The notes under the pieces: model-generated
Databases searched by the model: none
What the model saw: the letters and a program-made list of their open reading frames with translations, nothing else
Told to the model about the DNA's origin: nothing
Assembly: GCA_016180645.1 (NCBI GenBank)
Contig: JACPAV010000015.1
Location: 1 to 64,000 of the forward strand
From: Nitrospirota bacterium
GTDB lineage: Bacteria; JACPQY01
Direction: 5' to 3'
DNA length: 64,000 bases
Translations under genes and position numbers: made by a program
Shown here: positions 18,533-28,091 of the stretch, one piece after another
Layout of the letters: every line of letters starts with the position of its first letter
Position numbering within the stretch: the first letter of the stretch is position 1

Positions 18533-19999
18533 GTGAATATCCGAACTCGATTCGCTCCCAGTCCGACGGGGTTCCTCCACATCGGAGGCGCCCGGACGGC
18601 CCTTTATAGTTGGCTGTTCGCGCGAAAGCATGGGGGAAAGTTCGTCCTTCGCATTGAGGATACGGACCGCGAGCGAAGCAAGCCGGAGTTTGAGCATGAC
18701 ATCATTGAGAGCCTCAAATGGCTCGGGCTCGATTGGGACGAGGGGCCGTTCCGCCAAACGGAGCGGTTCGATGTGTATCGTGAGTTTGCGAAAAAGCTGG
18801 AGCAGGCCGGTGCGTTGTACCGCTGCACCTGCTCCGCGGCTGAACTGGACGAGCGGCGCAAGCAGGCCATGAAAGAAGGACGGCCGCCGCAGTATGACGG
18901 CCGGTGCCGGTCTCGAACCGATCAGACCGACAAACCGTACGCGCTCCGGTTCAAGATGCCGAAAGAGGGAGAGACCGTCGTCAAAGATCTTGTGCTCGGA
19001 GAGGTGCGGTTTGCCAACAGGGAGCTTGAAGACCTGATCATCCTGAGAAGCAACGGTATCCCAACGTACAATTTCACCGTGGTGGTGGATGACGCCGAGC
19101 ACGGGATATCCCACGTGATCCGAGGAAACGATCATCTCAACAACACTCCGAAGCAGATCCACATGTTCAAGGCGCTCGGGCTGGAATCGCCGCAATTCGC
19201 CCATCTTCCGTTGATCCTGGGCACCGATCGTTCCCGGTTGTCGAAACGGCACGGGGCGGTTTCGGTTACGGCTTACAAGGAGGAGGGTTTTCTTCCCGAA
19301 CCGTTCCTGAATTTTCTGGCGCGGATCGGCTGGTCGCACGGCGATCAGGAAGAATTCACTCTGGAAGAGCTGAAGGAGAAGTTCGGCTTGGATGGAGTGG
19401 GAAAGACATCGGGAGCGTTCAACGAGGACAAGTTGATCTGGCTCAACTCCCAGTACATCAACCGGATGAACGGCTCCGTGGAGGGTAAAGAGAAGTTGCG
19501 AGCCGCCCTCCAGCCCTTTCTCGCCAAGGCGGTGGGGGAGGCGGGCAATCCGGCCGGAATCCCCGGAGATCAGGCGGCTTGGTGGACGCAGGCGCTTGGA
19601 GCCTTCGGTCAGAGAGCGGATACGCTGAAAGTCTTGGCCGACAGCATGGCGTTCCTCTTCCAGGAAGAAGTCCGGTGGGACGACAAGGCGAAGAAGAAGT
19701 TCCTTCAGCCGGGGGTGCTGGAGGTACTTGAGCGGCTATGCCGAAAATTGGATGAGATGGAATCCTTTTCCGACCTTGCGTTGTTGGAATCGCTCTTCAA
19801 AGGCATCTGTTCGGACAACGACCCGCCGCTTCAGATGGGCCAGCTTGCACAACCGGTCCGCGTGGCCCTCACGGGAAAATCCGTCAGCCCCGGCATCTTC
19901 GACGTCCTCCAGCTTCTCGGCAAGGAGAAATCCCTGGCCCGCCTCCGCGCCGCCCTCTCCGAAATCCGCGCGGGCGTTGCCGACCGCTCACTTGAATAG
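18533..19999 (+). CDS. gltX: Glutamate--tRNA ligase
   Basis: RFAPSPTG.LHIGG, RIEDTD, LSKRHG, anticodon-binding C-terminus. Confidence 0.97.
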   Translation: MNIRTRFAPSPTGFLHIGGARTALYSWLFARKHGGKFVLRIEDTDRERSKPEFEHDIIESLKWLGLDWDEGPFRQTERFDVYREFAKKLEQAGALYRCTCSAAELDERRKQAMKEGRPPQYDGRCRSRTDQTDKPYALRFKMPKEGETVVKDLVLGEVRFANRELEDLIILRSNGIPTYNFTVVVDDAEHGISHVIRGNDHLNNTPKQIHMFKALGLESPQFAHLPLILGTDRSRLSKRHGAVSVTAYKEEGFLPEPFLNFLARIGWSHGDQEEFTLEELKEKFGLDGVGKTSGAFNEDKLIWLNSQYINRMNGSVEGKEKLRAALQPFLAKAVGEAGNPAGIPGDQAAWWTQALGAFGQRADTLKVLADSMAFLFQEEVRWDDKAKKKFLQPGVLEVLERLCRKLDEMESFSDLALLESLFKGICSDNDPPLQMGQLAQPVRVALTGKSVSPGIFDVLQLLGKEKSLARLRAALSEIRAGVADRSLE

Positions 20000-20041
20000 A
20001 GAGTCCGGCTCTGCGTTTGCAATTGGAGGCCTGTGAAACGC

Positions 20042-20050
20042 TGGTATAAT
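20042..20050 (+). promoter_or_regulatory. Extended -10 promoter for radC-hsd operon
   Basis: TGgTATAAT ending 14 nt upstream of radC ATG. Confidence 0.55.
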
Positions 20051-20064
20051 GCCCCCCAGCCAAA

Positions 20065-20757
20065 ATGGGAGCATCATCCAGTGTGGGCCATAGAAAGCGT
20101 CTTCGCCAACGCTTCCTCCGTGTCGGTTTGGCGGGCCTCGCCGACTATGAGTTGCTTGAACTGGTGCTCACCTTTGCGATTCCCCGACGGGATGTGAAGC
20201 CGACCGCGAAGGAGTTGCTTCACCGGTTCGGATCGCTGAAGTCCGTTCTCGACGCATCACCCGATCAATTGGCGGGAATAGAGGGAGTCGGTTCCAGAAC
20301 CGGAGACTACCTTCAGGTGCTTCGCGCCGCGATGCGCCGCTACCACGAGCTTGGAGTGGCGGAGAGCAAAGTGCTCAATTCGCCCAAGGCGGTACTTGAG
20401 CTTTGCCGGTCAAGCCTCGAAGCGGAAAAGAACGAAGTGTTTGAGGTCATCTATGTGTCTTCCAAGAATCGCTACCTTGGCACCGAACGATTTTCCGAGG
20501 GAACCATCGATCGGGCCACCGTCCACCCAAGGAGGATCTTGGAGAGCGCCTTTTCGAGAAAGGCCGCTGCCCTGATCCTGGTCCACAACCACCCGTCCGG
20601 CGATCCGGCGCCCTCCGAGGCGGACAAGCGGTTGACGAAAGCGGTCCTCGATGCGGCTGAGCCGATCGGATTGACCGTTCACGATCACCTCATTATCGGG
20701 AACGGACGCCATTTCAGTTTCCGCTCGGAAGGTCTTCTCGCGGAGATGCGCGGATGA
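20065..20757 (+). CDS. radC: RadC family JAB-domain protein
   Basis: GHRKRLR, HhH region, HNHPSGDPAPSEAD, HDHLII. Confidence 0.95.
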   Translation: MGASSSVGHRKRLRQRFLRVGLAGLADYELLELVLTFAIPRRDVKPTAKELLHRFGSLKSVLDASPDQLAGIEGVGSRTGDYLQVLRAAMRRYHELGVAESKVLNSPKAVLELCRSSLEAEKNEVFEVIYVSSKNRYLGTERFSEGTIDRATVHPRRILESAFSRKAAALILVHNHPSGDPAPSEADKRLTKAVLDAAEPIGLTVHDHLIIGNGRHFSFRSEGLLAEMRG

Positions 20758-23153
20758 GCATGAGAGCCGTCGATTCGGAGGCCGACACCTGCCGGAAATA
20801 CATCGTCCCGAAACTTCACGACGCCGGATGGAACGACGATCTGATCAACGAACAGAGGACGATCACGGACGGGCGAATTGTGGTCGCGGGCGACAAGGTG
20901 CGGCGGAAGAAGTCGGGTCGGGTCGATTATCTCCTCCGCATTGCGCGTGATTTCTCAATGGCCGTCGTTGAGGCCAAAGCATCCTACAAAAAGCCGGCGG
21001 ACGGTCTTCAGCAGGCGAAGGACTACGCCCAAATGCTGGGTCTGAAGTTCGCCTTTTCCAGCAATGGACTGGGCATCGTTGAATTCGATTTCCTCACGGG
21101 CCAGATCGCGGAGCGGGCCGACTTCCCCTCGCCGACGGAACTGTGGACCCGACTGCGCAAGAGTCAGGGGCCGACGGACGACGCAGCCGCAACGCGGCTT
21201 CTAACTCCCGGATCGCGCGTTCAAGGCAAGCAGCCCCGATACTACCAGGAGATCGCGGTGAATCGGGTAGTGCAGGCGATGCTCCAAGGCCAACGTCGGG
21301 TCCTTCTCACCATGGCGACCGGCACGGGAAAAACCTTCGTGGCCTTCCAGATCATTTGGAAACTCTGGAACAGTCGATGGAATGCGCGGGGCGATCACCG
21401 AAAGCCGAGGGTCCTGTATCTCGCGGATCGGAATTTCCTCGTGGATGTGCCCAAAGACCGGGAGTTCGCGGTGTTCGAGGATGCTCGACACAAGATTGAA
21501 TCGGGACAGATCGTGAAATCCCGGGAAATCTACTTTGCGATCTACCAAGCCATCGCCCAAGACGAGCGTCGATCGGGACTATACAAGGAATTCACGCGAG
21601 ATTTCTTCGACCTGATCGTGGTTGACGAGTGCCACCGGGGCAGCGCAAAGGACGAAAGCAACTGGCGCGATATTCTTGAGCACTTCCAGCCGGCTTATCA
21701 GCTTGGAATGACCGCCACTCCGCTCCGGGACGACAACGTGGACACGTATGGATATTTCGAAAATCCGGTCTACACCTACAGCCTCAAACAGGGGATCGAG
21801 GACGGCTTTCTCGCCCCGTACAAGGTTCGACGCATCGTGACCACGGCGGACGCGGTCGGCTGGCGTCCCAAGCCCGGAGAGATCGACCGGGATGGTCGCC
21901 CGATCCCGGACCAAGTCTACCAGACCCCGGAATTCGATAGGCTCCTGGCTCTGAAGCCCCGAACGGAGGCCATCGCCCGCCATCTCACGGATCACCTCCG
22001 GCAGACCAATCGATACGACAAGACCATCGTGTTCTGTGTCGACCAGGAGCACGCGCTGGAAATGATGAAGGCACTGACCAATCTGAACGCCGATTTGGCG
22101 CAAAGGCACGCGGACTACGTTGTGCGAATTACGTCCGACGAGGAGGAAATCGGGCGGGGGCACCTGGATCGATTCAGCGACGTGGAGAAGACAACCCCCG
22201 TGATCGTTACCACTTCCAAATTACTCACCACGGGCGTGGACGTTCCGACGTGCAAGAACATCGTTATCGCCCGGGTCGTGAATTCCATGACCGAGTTCAA
22301 GCAAATCATCGGTCGGGGCACGCGGGTGCGGGACGACTATGGGAAGTACTACTTCACGATTCTTGACTATACGGGGAGCGCGACGCGGCTGTTTGCCGAC
22401 CCGGTTTTCGACGGTGAGCCGGCGCTGCTGACTGAAGAAGGGATCGATGGGCAGGGTCGGGTTACATCCCCGCCGCGTGAGCCGGAACCGGCAGAAGAGT
22501 ACGAATCCCGCGAATCACAAGATGAATTCGTGGATGACTCCCCAACCGACTGCTCCTTTCCGGGACCGGCCGGAGGGGAAAGGCGCAAGTTCCATGTGGA
22601 CCAGGGTTATGTTGAGATCGCAGCCGATGTGGCCTACGAGATGGACGAGCATGGAAATCAACTGAAGGCGACCAAGTACACCGACTACACGATGGAGCAG
22701 GTGAGGTCGATGTTTTCCAGCGCGGCGGAGCTTCGAAGCAAGTGGACCCGCGCGGAGGAGCGGTCGCGGATCATCGACGCGCTGGCGGAGCGCGGAATCA
22801 CAATCGAACGTCTGGCCGAGGTCGCGGGTCAGCACGACGCCGACCCGTTCGATCTGCTATGCAACGTAGCTTACAGCCTTCCACTCCGAAGTCGACGTGA
22901 GCGAGCGGAACAAGTGCGCAAAGGGAATACGGACTTCCTGGGTCGATACACTAAGGAAGCGAGAGAGATACTGAACCTGCTTCTGGACAAGTACATTGAG
23001 CACGGGGTAGCAGAATTCAGAATCCCGGACATCTTGAAAGTCTCGCCCCTTTCGAGCCATGGCAACATCATCGAAATCGCGGCGCGATTTGGGGGGACCG
23101 ACAAACTCCGCGAGGCGGTGGCCGAACTCCAGTCGCTCCTCTACGCCGCCTGA
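20754..23153 (+). CDS. hsdR: Type I restriction enzyme R subunit (EcoEI/EcoAI-like)
   Basis: VEAK nuclease motif, ATGTGKT, DECHRGS, TATP, QIIGRGTR. Confidence 0.95.
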   Translation: MSMRAVDSEADTCRKYIVPKLHDAGWNDDLINEQRTITDGRIVVAGDKVRRKKSGRVDYLLRIARDFSMAVVEAKASYKKPADGLQQAKDYAQMLGLKFAFSSNGLGIVEFDFLTGQIAERADFPSPTELWTRLRKSQGPTDDAAATRLLTPGSRVQGKQPRYYQEIAVNRVVQAMLQGQRRVLLTMATGTGKTFVAFQIIWKLWNSRWNARGDHRKPRVLYLADRNFLVDVPKDREFAVFEDARHKIESGQIVKSREIYFAIYQAIAQDERRSGLYKEFTRDFFDLIVVDECHRGSAKDESNWRDILEHFQPAYQLGMTATPLRDDNVDTYGYFENPVYTYSLKQGIEDGFLAPYKVRRIVTTADAVGWRPKPGEIDRDGRPIPDQVYQTPEFDRLLALKPRTEAIARHLTDHLRQTNRYDKTIVFCVDQEHALEMMKALTNLNADLAQRHADYVVRITSDEEEIGRGHLDRFSDVEKTTPVIVTTSKLLTTGVDVPTCKNIVIARVVNSMTEFKQIIGRGTRVRDDYGKYYFTILDYTGSATRLFADPVFDGEPALLTEEGIDGQGRVTSPPREPEPAEEYESRESQDEFVDDSPTDCSFPGPAGGERRKFHVDQGYVEIAADVAYEMDEHGNQLKATKYTDYTMEQVRSMFSSAAELRSKWTRAEERSRIIDALAERGITIERLAEVAGQHDADPFDLLCNVAYSLPLRSRRERAEQVRKGNTDFLGRYTKEAREILNLLLDKYIEHGVAEFRIPDILKVSPLSSHGNIIEIAARFGGTDKLREAVAELQSLLYAA

Positions 23154-23202
23154 GAAGAGTAATGCACACACCTTACATCTTGTGAAAGGTTCACGTTCAC
23201 TG

Positions 23203-24759
23203 ATGGGCAAACCGAGAGCGACACCTCCCACACCCGTCACCACAGCTCAGCAGCTTGCCTCCATCGTCAAGTCGGCGCGGGACATCATGCGCAAAGACAA
23301 GGGTCTCAACGGCGACCTGGACCGGCTGCCCATGCTCACGTGGATCATGTTCCTGAAATTCCTGGACGACAGCGAGCAGATCCGGGAGGCGGAGGCGAAA
23401 ATGGCGGGCAAACGTTTTCGCCCGGCCGTCGAGCCGCCGTACCGCTGGCGGGATTGGGCGGCCAGGGAAGACGGCGTCACCGGGCAGGAAATGATGGATT
23501 TCATCAACAACGAAGAGCCGATTCGACCCGATGGAACCCGAGGTCCGGGTTTGTTCGCGTATCTTCGCGGACTCCAGGGCGCCAACGGGGGCGACCGGCG
23601 GGACGTGATCGCGACGATCTTCCGCGGAGTGATCAACCGCATGATCAACGGCTATCTCCTTCGGGACATCCTGAACAAGGTGAATCAGATCCATTTCACC
23701 TCCAGCGAGGAAATGCACACTCTCAGTCGCCTGTACGAGTCCTTGCTCAAGGAGATGCGCGACGCGGCGGGCGATTCCGGCGAGTTCTACACTCCGAGGG
23801 CCGTGGTGAAATTCATCGTCCAGGCCGTGAATCCGCGGATGGGGGAGGTGGCGCTCGATCCGGCCGCAGGCACCGGCGGATTCCTCGTGGAATCCTTCGA
23901 GCATCTCAAGACGCAGTGCCGGAAAACGGAGGACTACCGGGTCCTCCAACGAGAAAGCATCTTCGGCATCGAAGCCAAGCCCCTGCCGTATCTGCTCTGC
24001 CAGATGAATCTGCTGCTGCACGGTCTGGAATATCCTCAAATCGACCCCCTGAACGCGCTCCGGTTCCCACTCAGAGAAATGGGGGATCGAGAACGAGTGG
24101 ACGTGATCGTGACGAATCCGCCGTTCGGTGGGGAGGAGGAAAAGGGCATTCTCTCGAACTTTCCGGAGGACCGGAAGACGAGCGAGACGGCGCTCTTGTT
24201 TCTCCAGCTCATCATGAGAAAACTTCGAAGATTGGGGACCGGCTTCAAGGGGGAGGGCGGACGATGCGGAATGATCGTTCCGAACGGGATCCTGTTCGGC
24301 GACGGCGTCTGCGCCCGGATCAAGGAGGAACTGCTCAAGGAGTTCAACCTTCACACGATTGTGCGCCTTCCAAACGGCGTCTTCGCGCCGTACACGAGCA
24401 TTCCCACGAACATTTTGTTTTTCGACCGTTCCGGGCCGACCGAGGATGTTTGGTACTACGAACATCCGCTGCCGGAAGGAAAGAAGAACTACACCAAGAC
24501 GCGGCCCATCCAGTTCGATGAGTTCAAGTCCTGCCTGGAGTGGTGGAGCAAGCGCGAGGAGAGCGACCGCGCATGGAAGGTGTCCGCCGACGAGATCCGA
24601 AAGACCGGATTCAACCTCGACCGAAAGAACCCCCGCGCCCGGCAGGACATCTCCCATCTTCCTCCCGAACAGATTGCCGAAAGCATCCTGGCCAAAGAAC
24701 ACCGCATCGTGCAGATCATGGCGAACATCAAAGGACTTCTCGGAAAACGCGAGGCATGA
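23203..24759 (+). CDS. hsdM: Type I R-M methyltransferase subunit (m6A)
   Basis: GEFYTP, DPAAGTGGF, NPPF; start ATG 23203. Confidence 0.95.
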   Translation: MGKPRATPPTPVTTAQQLASIVKSARDIMRKDKGLNGDLDRLPMLTWIMFLKFLDDSEQIREAEAKMAGKRFRPAVEPPYRWRDWAAREDGVTGQEMMDFINNEEPIRPDGTRGPGLFAYLRGLQGANGGDRRDVIATIFRGVINRMINGYLLRDILNKVNQIHFTSSEEMHTLSRLYESLLKEMRDAAGDSGEFYTPRAVVKFIVQAVNPRMGEVALDPAAGTGGFLVESFEHLKTQCRKTEDYRVLQRESIFGIEAKPLPYLLCQMNLLLHGLEYPQIDPLNALRFPLREMGDRERVDVIVTNPPFGGEEEKGILSNFPEDRKTSETALLFLQLIMRKLRRLGTGFKGEGGRCGMIVPNGILFGDGVCARIKEELLKEFNLHTIVRLPNGVFAPYTSIPTNILFFDRSGPTEDVWYYEHPLPEGKKNYTKTRPIQFDEFKSCLEWWSKREESDRAWKVSADEIRKTGFNLDRKNPRARQDISHLPPEQIAESILAKEHRIVQIMANIKGLLGKREA

Positions 24760-25904
24760 GCGCGGAGTGGCCGGAGATCCCATTGGGGGAGGTTCTGCGA
24801 AGAAGCACGGAGACCATTTCACTACAGCCAGAGAGCGAGTATCGGGAAATTACCGTCAAACTTTGGGGAAAGGGTGTTTGCCAACGGGGGATTATTAGCG
24901 GAGCAAGGTTGGCCGGCGCACGCCGGTTCATCGCCAGAACAGGGCAGTTCATCTTTTCCCGAATCGATGCTCGAAATGGCGCACTCGGCGTCGTGCCGCC
25001 GGAGCTTGATGGCGCGGTGGTTACCAATGACTTTCCAGTGTTTGAGGTCGACCAAGATCATCTATCGACGGCATACATTGGGTGGATGTGTCGGACGGCC
25101 TGGTTTGTCGAGCAATGCCGACGGGCGAGTGAGGGGACAACCAACCGAGTGCGGTTGCAGGAAGACAAGCTCCTTTCCACCGAGATTCCGCTTCCGGCCT
25201 TGCCCGAGCAGCGGTGGATCGTGGCCCGCCTCGACGCCCTCGCCTCCCAAATCTCCGAAGCCCGGGGGCTCCGGCAGCAGGTGGCCGAAGAGGCGGAGGA
25301 GCTTTGCCGCTCAATCCTCAGCCACGACCCGGATGCGCATCAGACGCGCATGGCTGAGCTGGTGCGACTACGGCCCCCCGACGTAACGGTCAGACCGGAT
25401 GGAACGTATCGCTTTGCTGGTGTTTATTGCTTCGGGCGAGGTGTTTTTCCTGGAGGGTGGAAGTCCGGCTCGGAGTTCTCGTACAAGAAACTCACGAGAC
25501 TCAACGTGGGTGATTTCGTATATCCGAAACTGATGGCTTGGGAGGGGGCCTTGGGCATCGTCCCACCAGAATGTGAAGGCTGCGTCGTCTCCACGGAGTT
25601 TCCGGTGTTTGAGGTTCTTGAAGAGCGGGTCCTGCCGGTGGTCTTGGACACGTATTTCAGAACTCCATCCGTTTGGCCGAATCTCTCCGGCGCGAGTACC
25701 GGCACCAATGTGCGGCGCCGCCGCCTCAACCCGGCTGACTTCCTTGACTATTCGATTCCCCTCCCTTCACGGGGGACGCAAGAGCGCCTTCGTGAAGTAC
25801 GGAAGGGGGTCGATTCGCTCAAGCGCCTCCAATCCGAAACCGCCGCCGAGTTGGACGCCCTCCTCCCCTCCCTCCTCGACAAAGCCTTCAAGGGTGAACT
25901 ATAG
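24756..25904 (+). CDS. hsdS: Type I R-M specificity subunit
   Basis: Two TRDs each followed by IPLP..EQ conserved region; ends LLDKAFKGEL; ATGA overlap with hsdM. Confidence 0.93.
   Translation: MSAEWPEIPLGEVLRRSTETISLQPESEYREITVKLWGKGVCQRGIISGARLAGARRFIARTGQFIFSRIDARNGALGVVPPELDGAVVTNDFPVFEVDQDHLSTAYIGWMCRTAWFVEQCRRASEGTTNRVRLQEDKLLSTEIPLPALPEQRWIVARLDALASQISEARGLRQQVAEEAEELCRSILSHDPDAHQTRMAELVRLRPPDVTVRPDGTYRFAGVYCFGRGVFPGGWKSGSEFSYKKLTRLNVGDFVYPKLMAWEGALGIVPPECEGCVVSTEFPVFEVLEERVLPVVLDTYFRTPSVWPNLSGASTGTNVRRRRLNPADFLDYSIPLPSRGTQERLREVRKGVDSLKRLQSETAAELDALLPSLLDKAFKGEL
25830..25904 (+). repeat. hsdS 3'-end repeat, copy R1 (within intact hsdS)
   Basis: caatccgaaacc...aaagccttcaagggtgaactatag; recurs at 28008 and 29855. 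Confidence 0.95.
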
Positions 25905-25954
25905 AGAATCGATTCCCACCAATTGGATTCTGTGATACTTCGACTGGGTAGGCG

Positions 25955-27670
25955 ATGCTGACGAAACTTACGATCTCCAACTTCAAACTCTTCGACAGGG
26001 TGGAGATTGATCTTGCAGAACGGGTGGTCTTTGTCGGACCGAACAACGCCGGCAAGACCTCGGCGTTGCAGGCCCTCGCGCTTTGGAGCATCGGTCTGCG
26101 TCGCTGGGTGGAAAAGCGCGGACGAGGAAACGTTCCGAAGGAGCGCGCGGGTGTGACCATCAACCGGCGAGATCTCATTGCCCTTCCGGTCCCTTCCGCG
26201 AATCTCCTCTGGCGTGATCTTCATGTGCGCGAAAGCGTTCACGAGACGGAGAAGCCCAAAACACGCAACGTTCTGATCGAGATCAGCGTTGCAGGTGTGG
26301 ATGAAGGGAAGGAGTGGACGACGAGTTTCGAATTTGACTACGCGAACGAGGAGTCTTTCTATTGCCGATCGAAGCTGGGTCCGGGGGGATCCAGACTGGA
26401 GATATCGGAAGCGGCGGCAAACGTGGTCTTGGCGTACCTCCCGCCCATGTCAGGCCTGGCCTCCAACGAAACCCGGCTTGACGAAGGTGCAATCGCCGTC
26501 AGGATCGGGGAAGGAAGGACCGCGGAAGTCCTCAGGAACCTCTGCTGGCAGGCACTCCAGGGGAAAGGGGATCAATGGAGAAAGATTGTGGACAGGATGA
26601 AGGCTCTGTTCGGGGTCAGACTGGATGAACCGAAATACGTTAAGGAACGGGGTGAAGTAGTCATGTCTTTCGTAGGGCAAGGGGGAGTGCGTCTGGATTT
26701 GTCCTCCAGTGGTCGAGGCCAGCAACAGACGCTGCTTCTGCTCGCTCATATGGCGGCAAATCCTGGAGCGGTTCTCCTATTGGACGAGCCGGATGCCCAT
26801 CTTGAAATACTCCGGCAGCGTCAGATCTACCAAGTCCTGACGGATACGGCCGCGGAAACGGGCAGCCAAATAATCGCCGCCAGCCACTCGGAAGTCATCT
26901 TGAATGAAGCCGCGGACCGAGATTCTGTCGTCGCATTTGTGGGGGCCCCGCATCGAATCGACGGTCAGGGAAGTCAGGTTTTGAAGGCTCTGAAGGAAAT
27001 CGGCTTCGAGCAGTACGTTCAGGCCGAAGAGACCGGTTGGGTGCTCTACCTGGAAGGGTCTACGGATCTCGCCATTCTCCGCGCATTTGCGGCAAAGCTC
27101 ACTCACCCCGCCAGCGCGATGCTTGAGCGTCCGTTCGTTCACTATGTAGCGAATCAGCCGGGAAAGGCCCGGGACCATTTCTATGGTCTTCGTGAGGCAA
27201 AGCCCGATCTCGTCGGAATAGCATTATACGATCGATTGGATCAAACGCTCTCCAACGACCCCAACCTCGTCCAAACCCAGTGGCGCAGACGCGAGATCGA
27301 GAACTATCTTTGCCAACGCGACACCCTGCTGGCTTGGGCTGAAGCTCAGGGCCGGCCCCAAGGCGATCTGTTCGCGTCCGCTTGGCGATCAAGGATGAAC
27401 GAGTCCATTGATGAGATTGCCTCGGCACTGGCCGCGCTTCGCAAGCCGGCGCCGTGGAGTCCGGATATCAAAGCGAGTGACGACTTTCTTGACCCATTGT
27501 TCAAGAGATTTTACGAAGCTTTGAGCCTGCCCGGTCTCCTGAGGAAAACCGACTACCACACACTCGCGCCCTTCGTGCCCATTGACCAGATTGACAAGGA
27601 AGTTCGGGAAAAGCTCGATACTATTGTCGCGACCGCATTGATAGCTCACCCGCGTGGGGGTCCGGCATAG
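25955..27670 (+). CDS. ABC-type ATPase fused to TOPRIM-like domain (OLD/PARIS-like putative defence nuclease)
   Basis: GPNNAGKTS, SSSGRGQQQ, LLLDEPDAHL, SHS; then YLEGSTD and RREIENYL. Confidence 0.8.
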   Translation: MLTKLTISNFKLFDRVEIDLAERVVFVGPNNAGKTSALQALALWSIGLRRWVEKRGRGNVPKERAGVTINRRDLIALPVPSANLLWRDLHVRESVHETEKPKTRNVLIEISVAGVDEGKEWTTSFEFDYANEESFYCRSKLGPGGSRLEISEAAANVVLAYLPPMSGLASNETRLDEGAIAVRIGEGRTAEVLRNLCWQALQGKGDQWRKIVDRMKALFGVRLDEPKYVKERGEVVMSFVGQGGVRLDLSSSGRGQQQTLLLLAHMAANPGAVLLLDEPDAHLEILRQRQIYQVLTDTAAETGSQIIAASHSEVILNEAADRDSVVAFVGAPHRIDGQGSQVLKALKEIGFEQYVQAEETGWVLYLEGSTDLAILRAFAAKLTHPASAMLERPFVHYVANQPGKARDHFYGLREAKPDLVGIALYDRLDQTLSNDPNLVQTQWRRREIENYLCQRDTLLAWAEAQGRPQGDLFASAWRSRMNESIDEIASALAALRKPAPWSPDIKASDDFLDPLFKRFYEALSLPGLLRKTDYHTLAPFVPIDQIDKEVREKLDTIVATALIAHPRGGPA

Positions 27671-27762
27671 GCGACGCGGTTTAAGACTGGCCGCGAGCAA
27701 GACGTTTGGGGCTTCGCTGGCAGTAGATCCCGCAGGCGAAAAGGCACGGGCGAGAGGACAGG

Positions 27763-27797
27763 AAAAGAAAAAGCCCCGTGATTAACCGGCTCACGGG
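27763..27797 (-). terminator. Intrinsic terminator
   Basis: CCCGTGA-9nt-TCACGGG stem followed on minus strand by GCTTTTTCTTTT. Confidence 0.7.
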
Positions 27798-27856
27798 ACC
27801 AGAAGCCATGTCCAGCGCCATGAGGCGTGGAGTAGCTGCTTGGTTTCCCAAGCATC
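27763..27856 (-). ncRNA. Candidate ~94-nt small RNA
   Basis: Upstream TTGACA-N17-TAGGAT; 5' hairpin UGCUUGG-GAAA-CCAAGCA; middle hairpin; 3' hairpin plus U tract. Confidence 0.55.
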
Positions 27857-27862
27857 AGTACC

Positions 27863-27891
27863 ATCCTAAATGAATTGTCATGACATGTCAA
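27863..27891 (-). promoter_or_regulatory. Sigma70-type promoter overlapped by palindromes
   Basis: TTGACA (27891-27886), 17-nt spacer, TAGGAT (27868-27863); TGTCATGACA and TGACATGTCA palindromes overlap it. Confidence 0.65.
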
Positions 27892-28007
27892 TCATTTCCG
27901 GTCATTTACCGTCATCGCATGCCGGCATGTACCGTGATTGTTTGGGAATCGCAAGCATGACGGGAAGTTCCAGACGGGAACGTAGCACGTGAGGCAGTGG
28001 AATACCT

Positions 28008-28082
28008 CAATCGGAAATCGCAGCCGAACTCGACGCCCTCCTTCCCTCCCTCCTCGACAAAGCCTTCAAAGGTGAATTATAG
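28008..28082 (+). repeat. hsdS 3'-end repeat, copy R2 (orphan)
   Basis: Encodes QSEIAAELDALLPSLLDKAFKGEL*; 66/75 nt identical to R1. Confidence 0.95.
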
Positions 28083-28091
28083 TTTGGTGAA

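Noticed and set aside
23197-24822. 541-aa minus-strand ORF
   Set aside because: Antisense shadow of hsdM, expected with GC-rich codon usage; no motifs.
27646-27891. 81-aa minus-strand ORF over the sRNA candidate
   Set aside because: Starts inside the -35 box, runs through the terminator and has no recognisable features; a leaderless peptide from 27855 is not fully excluded.
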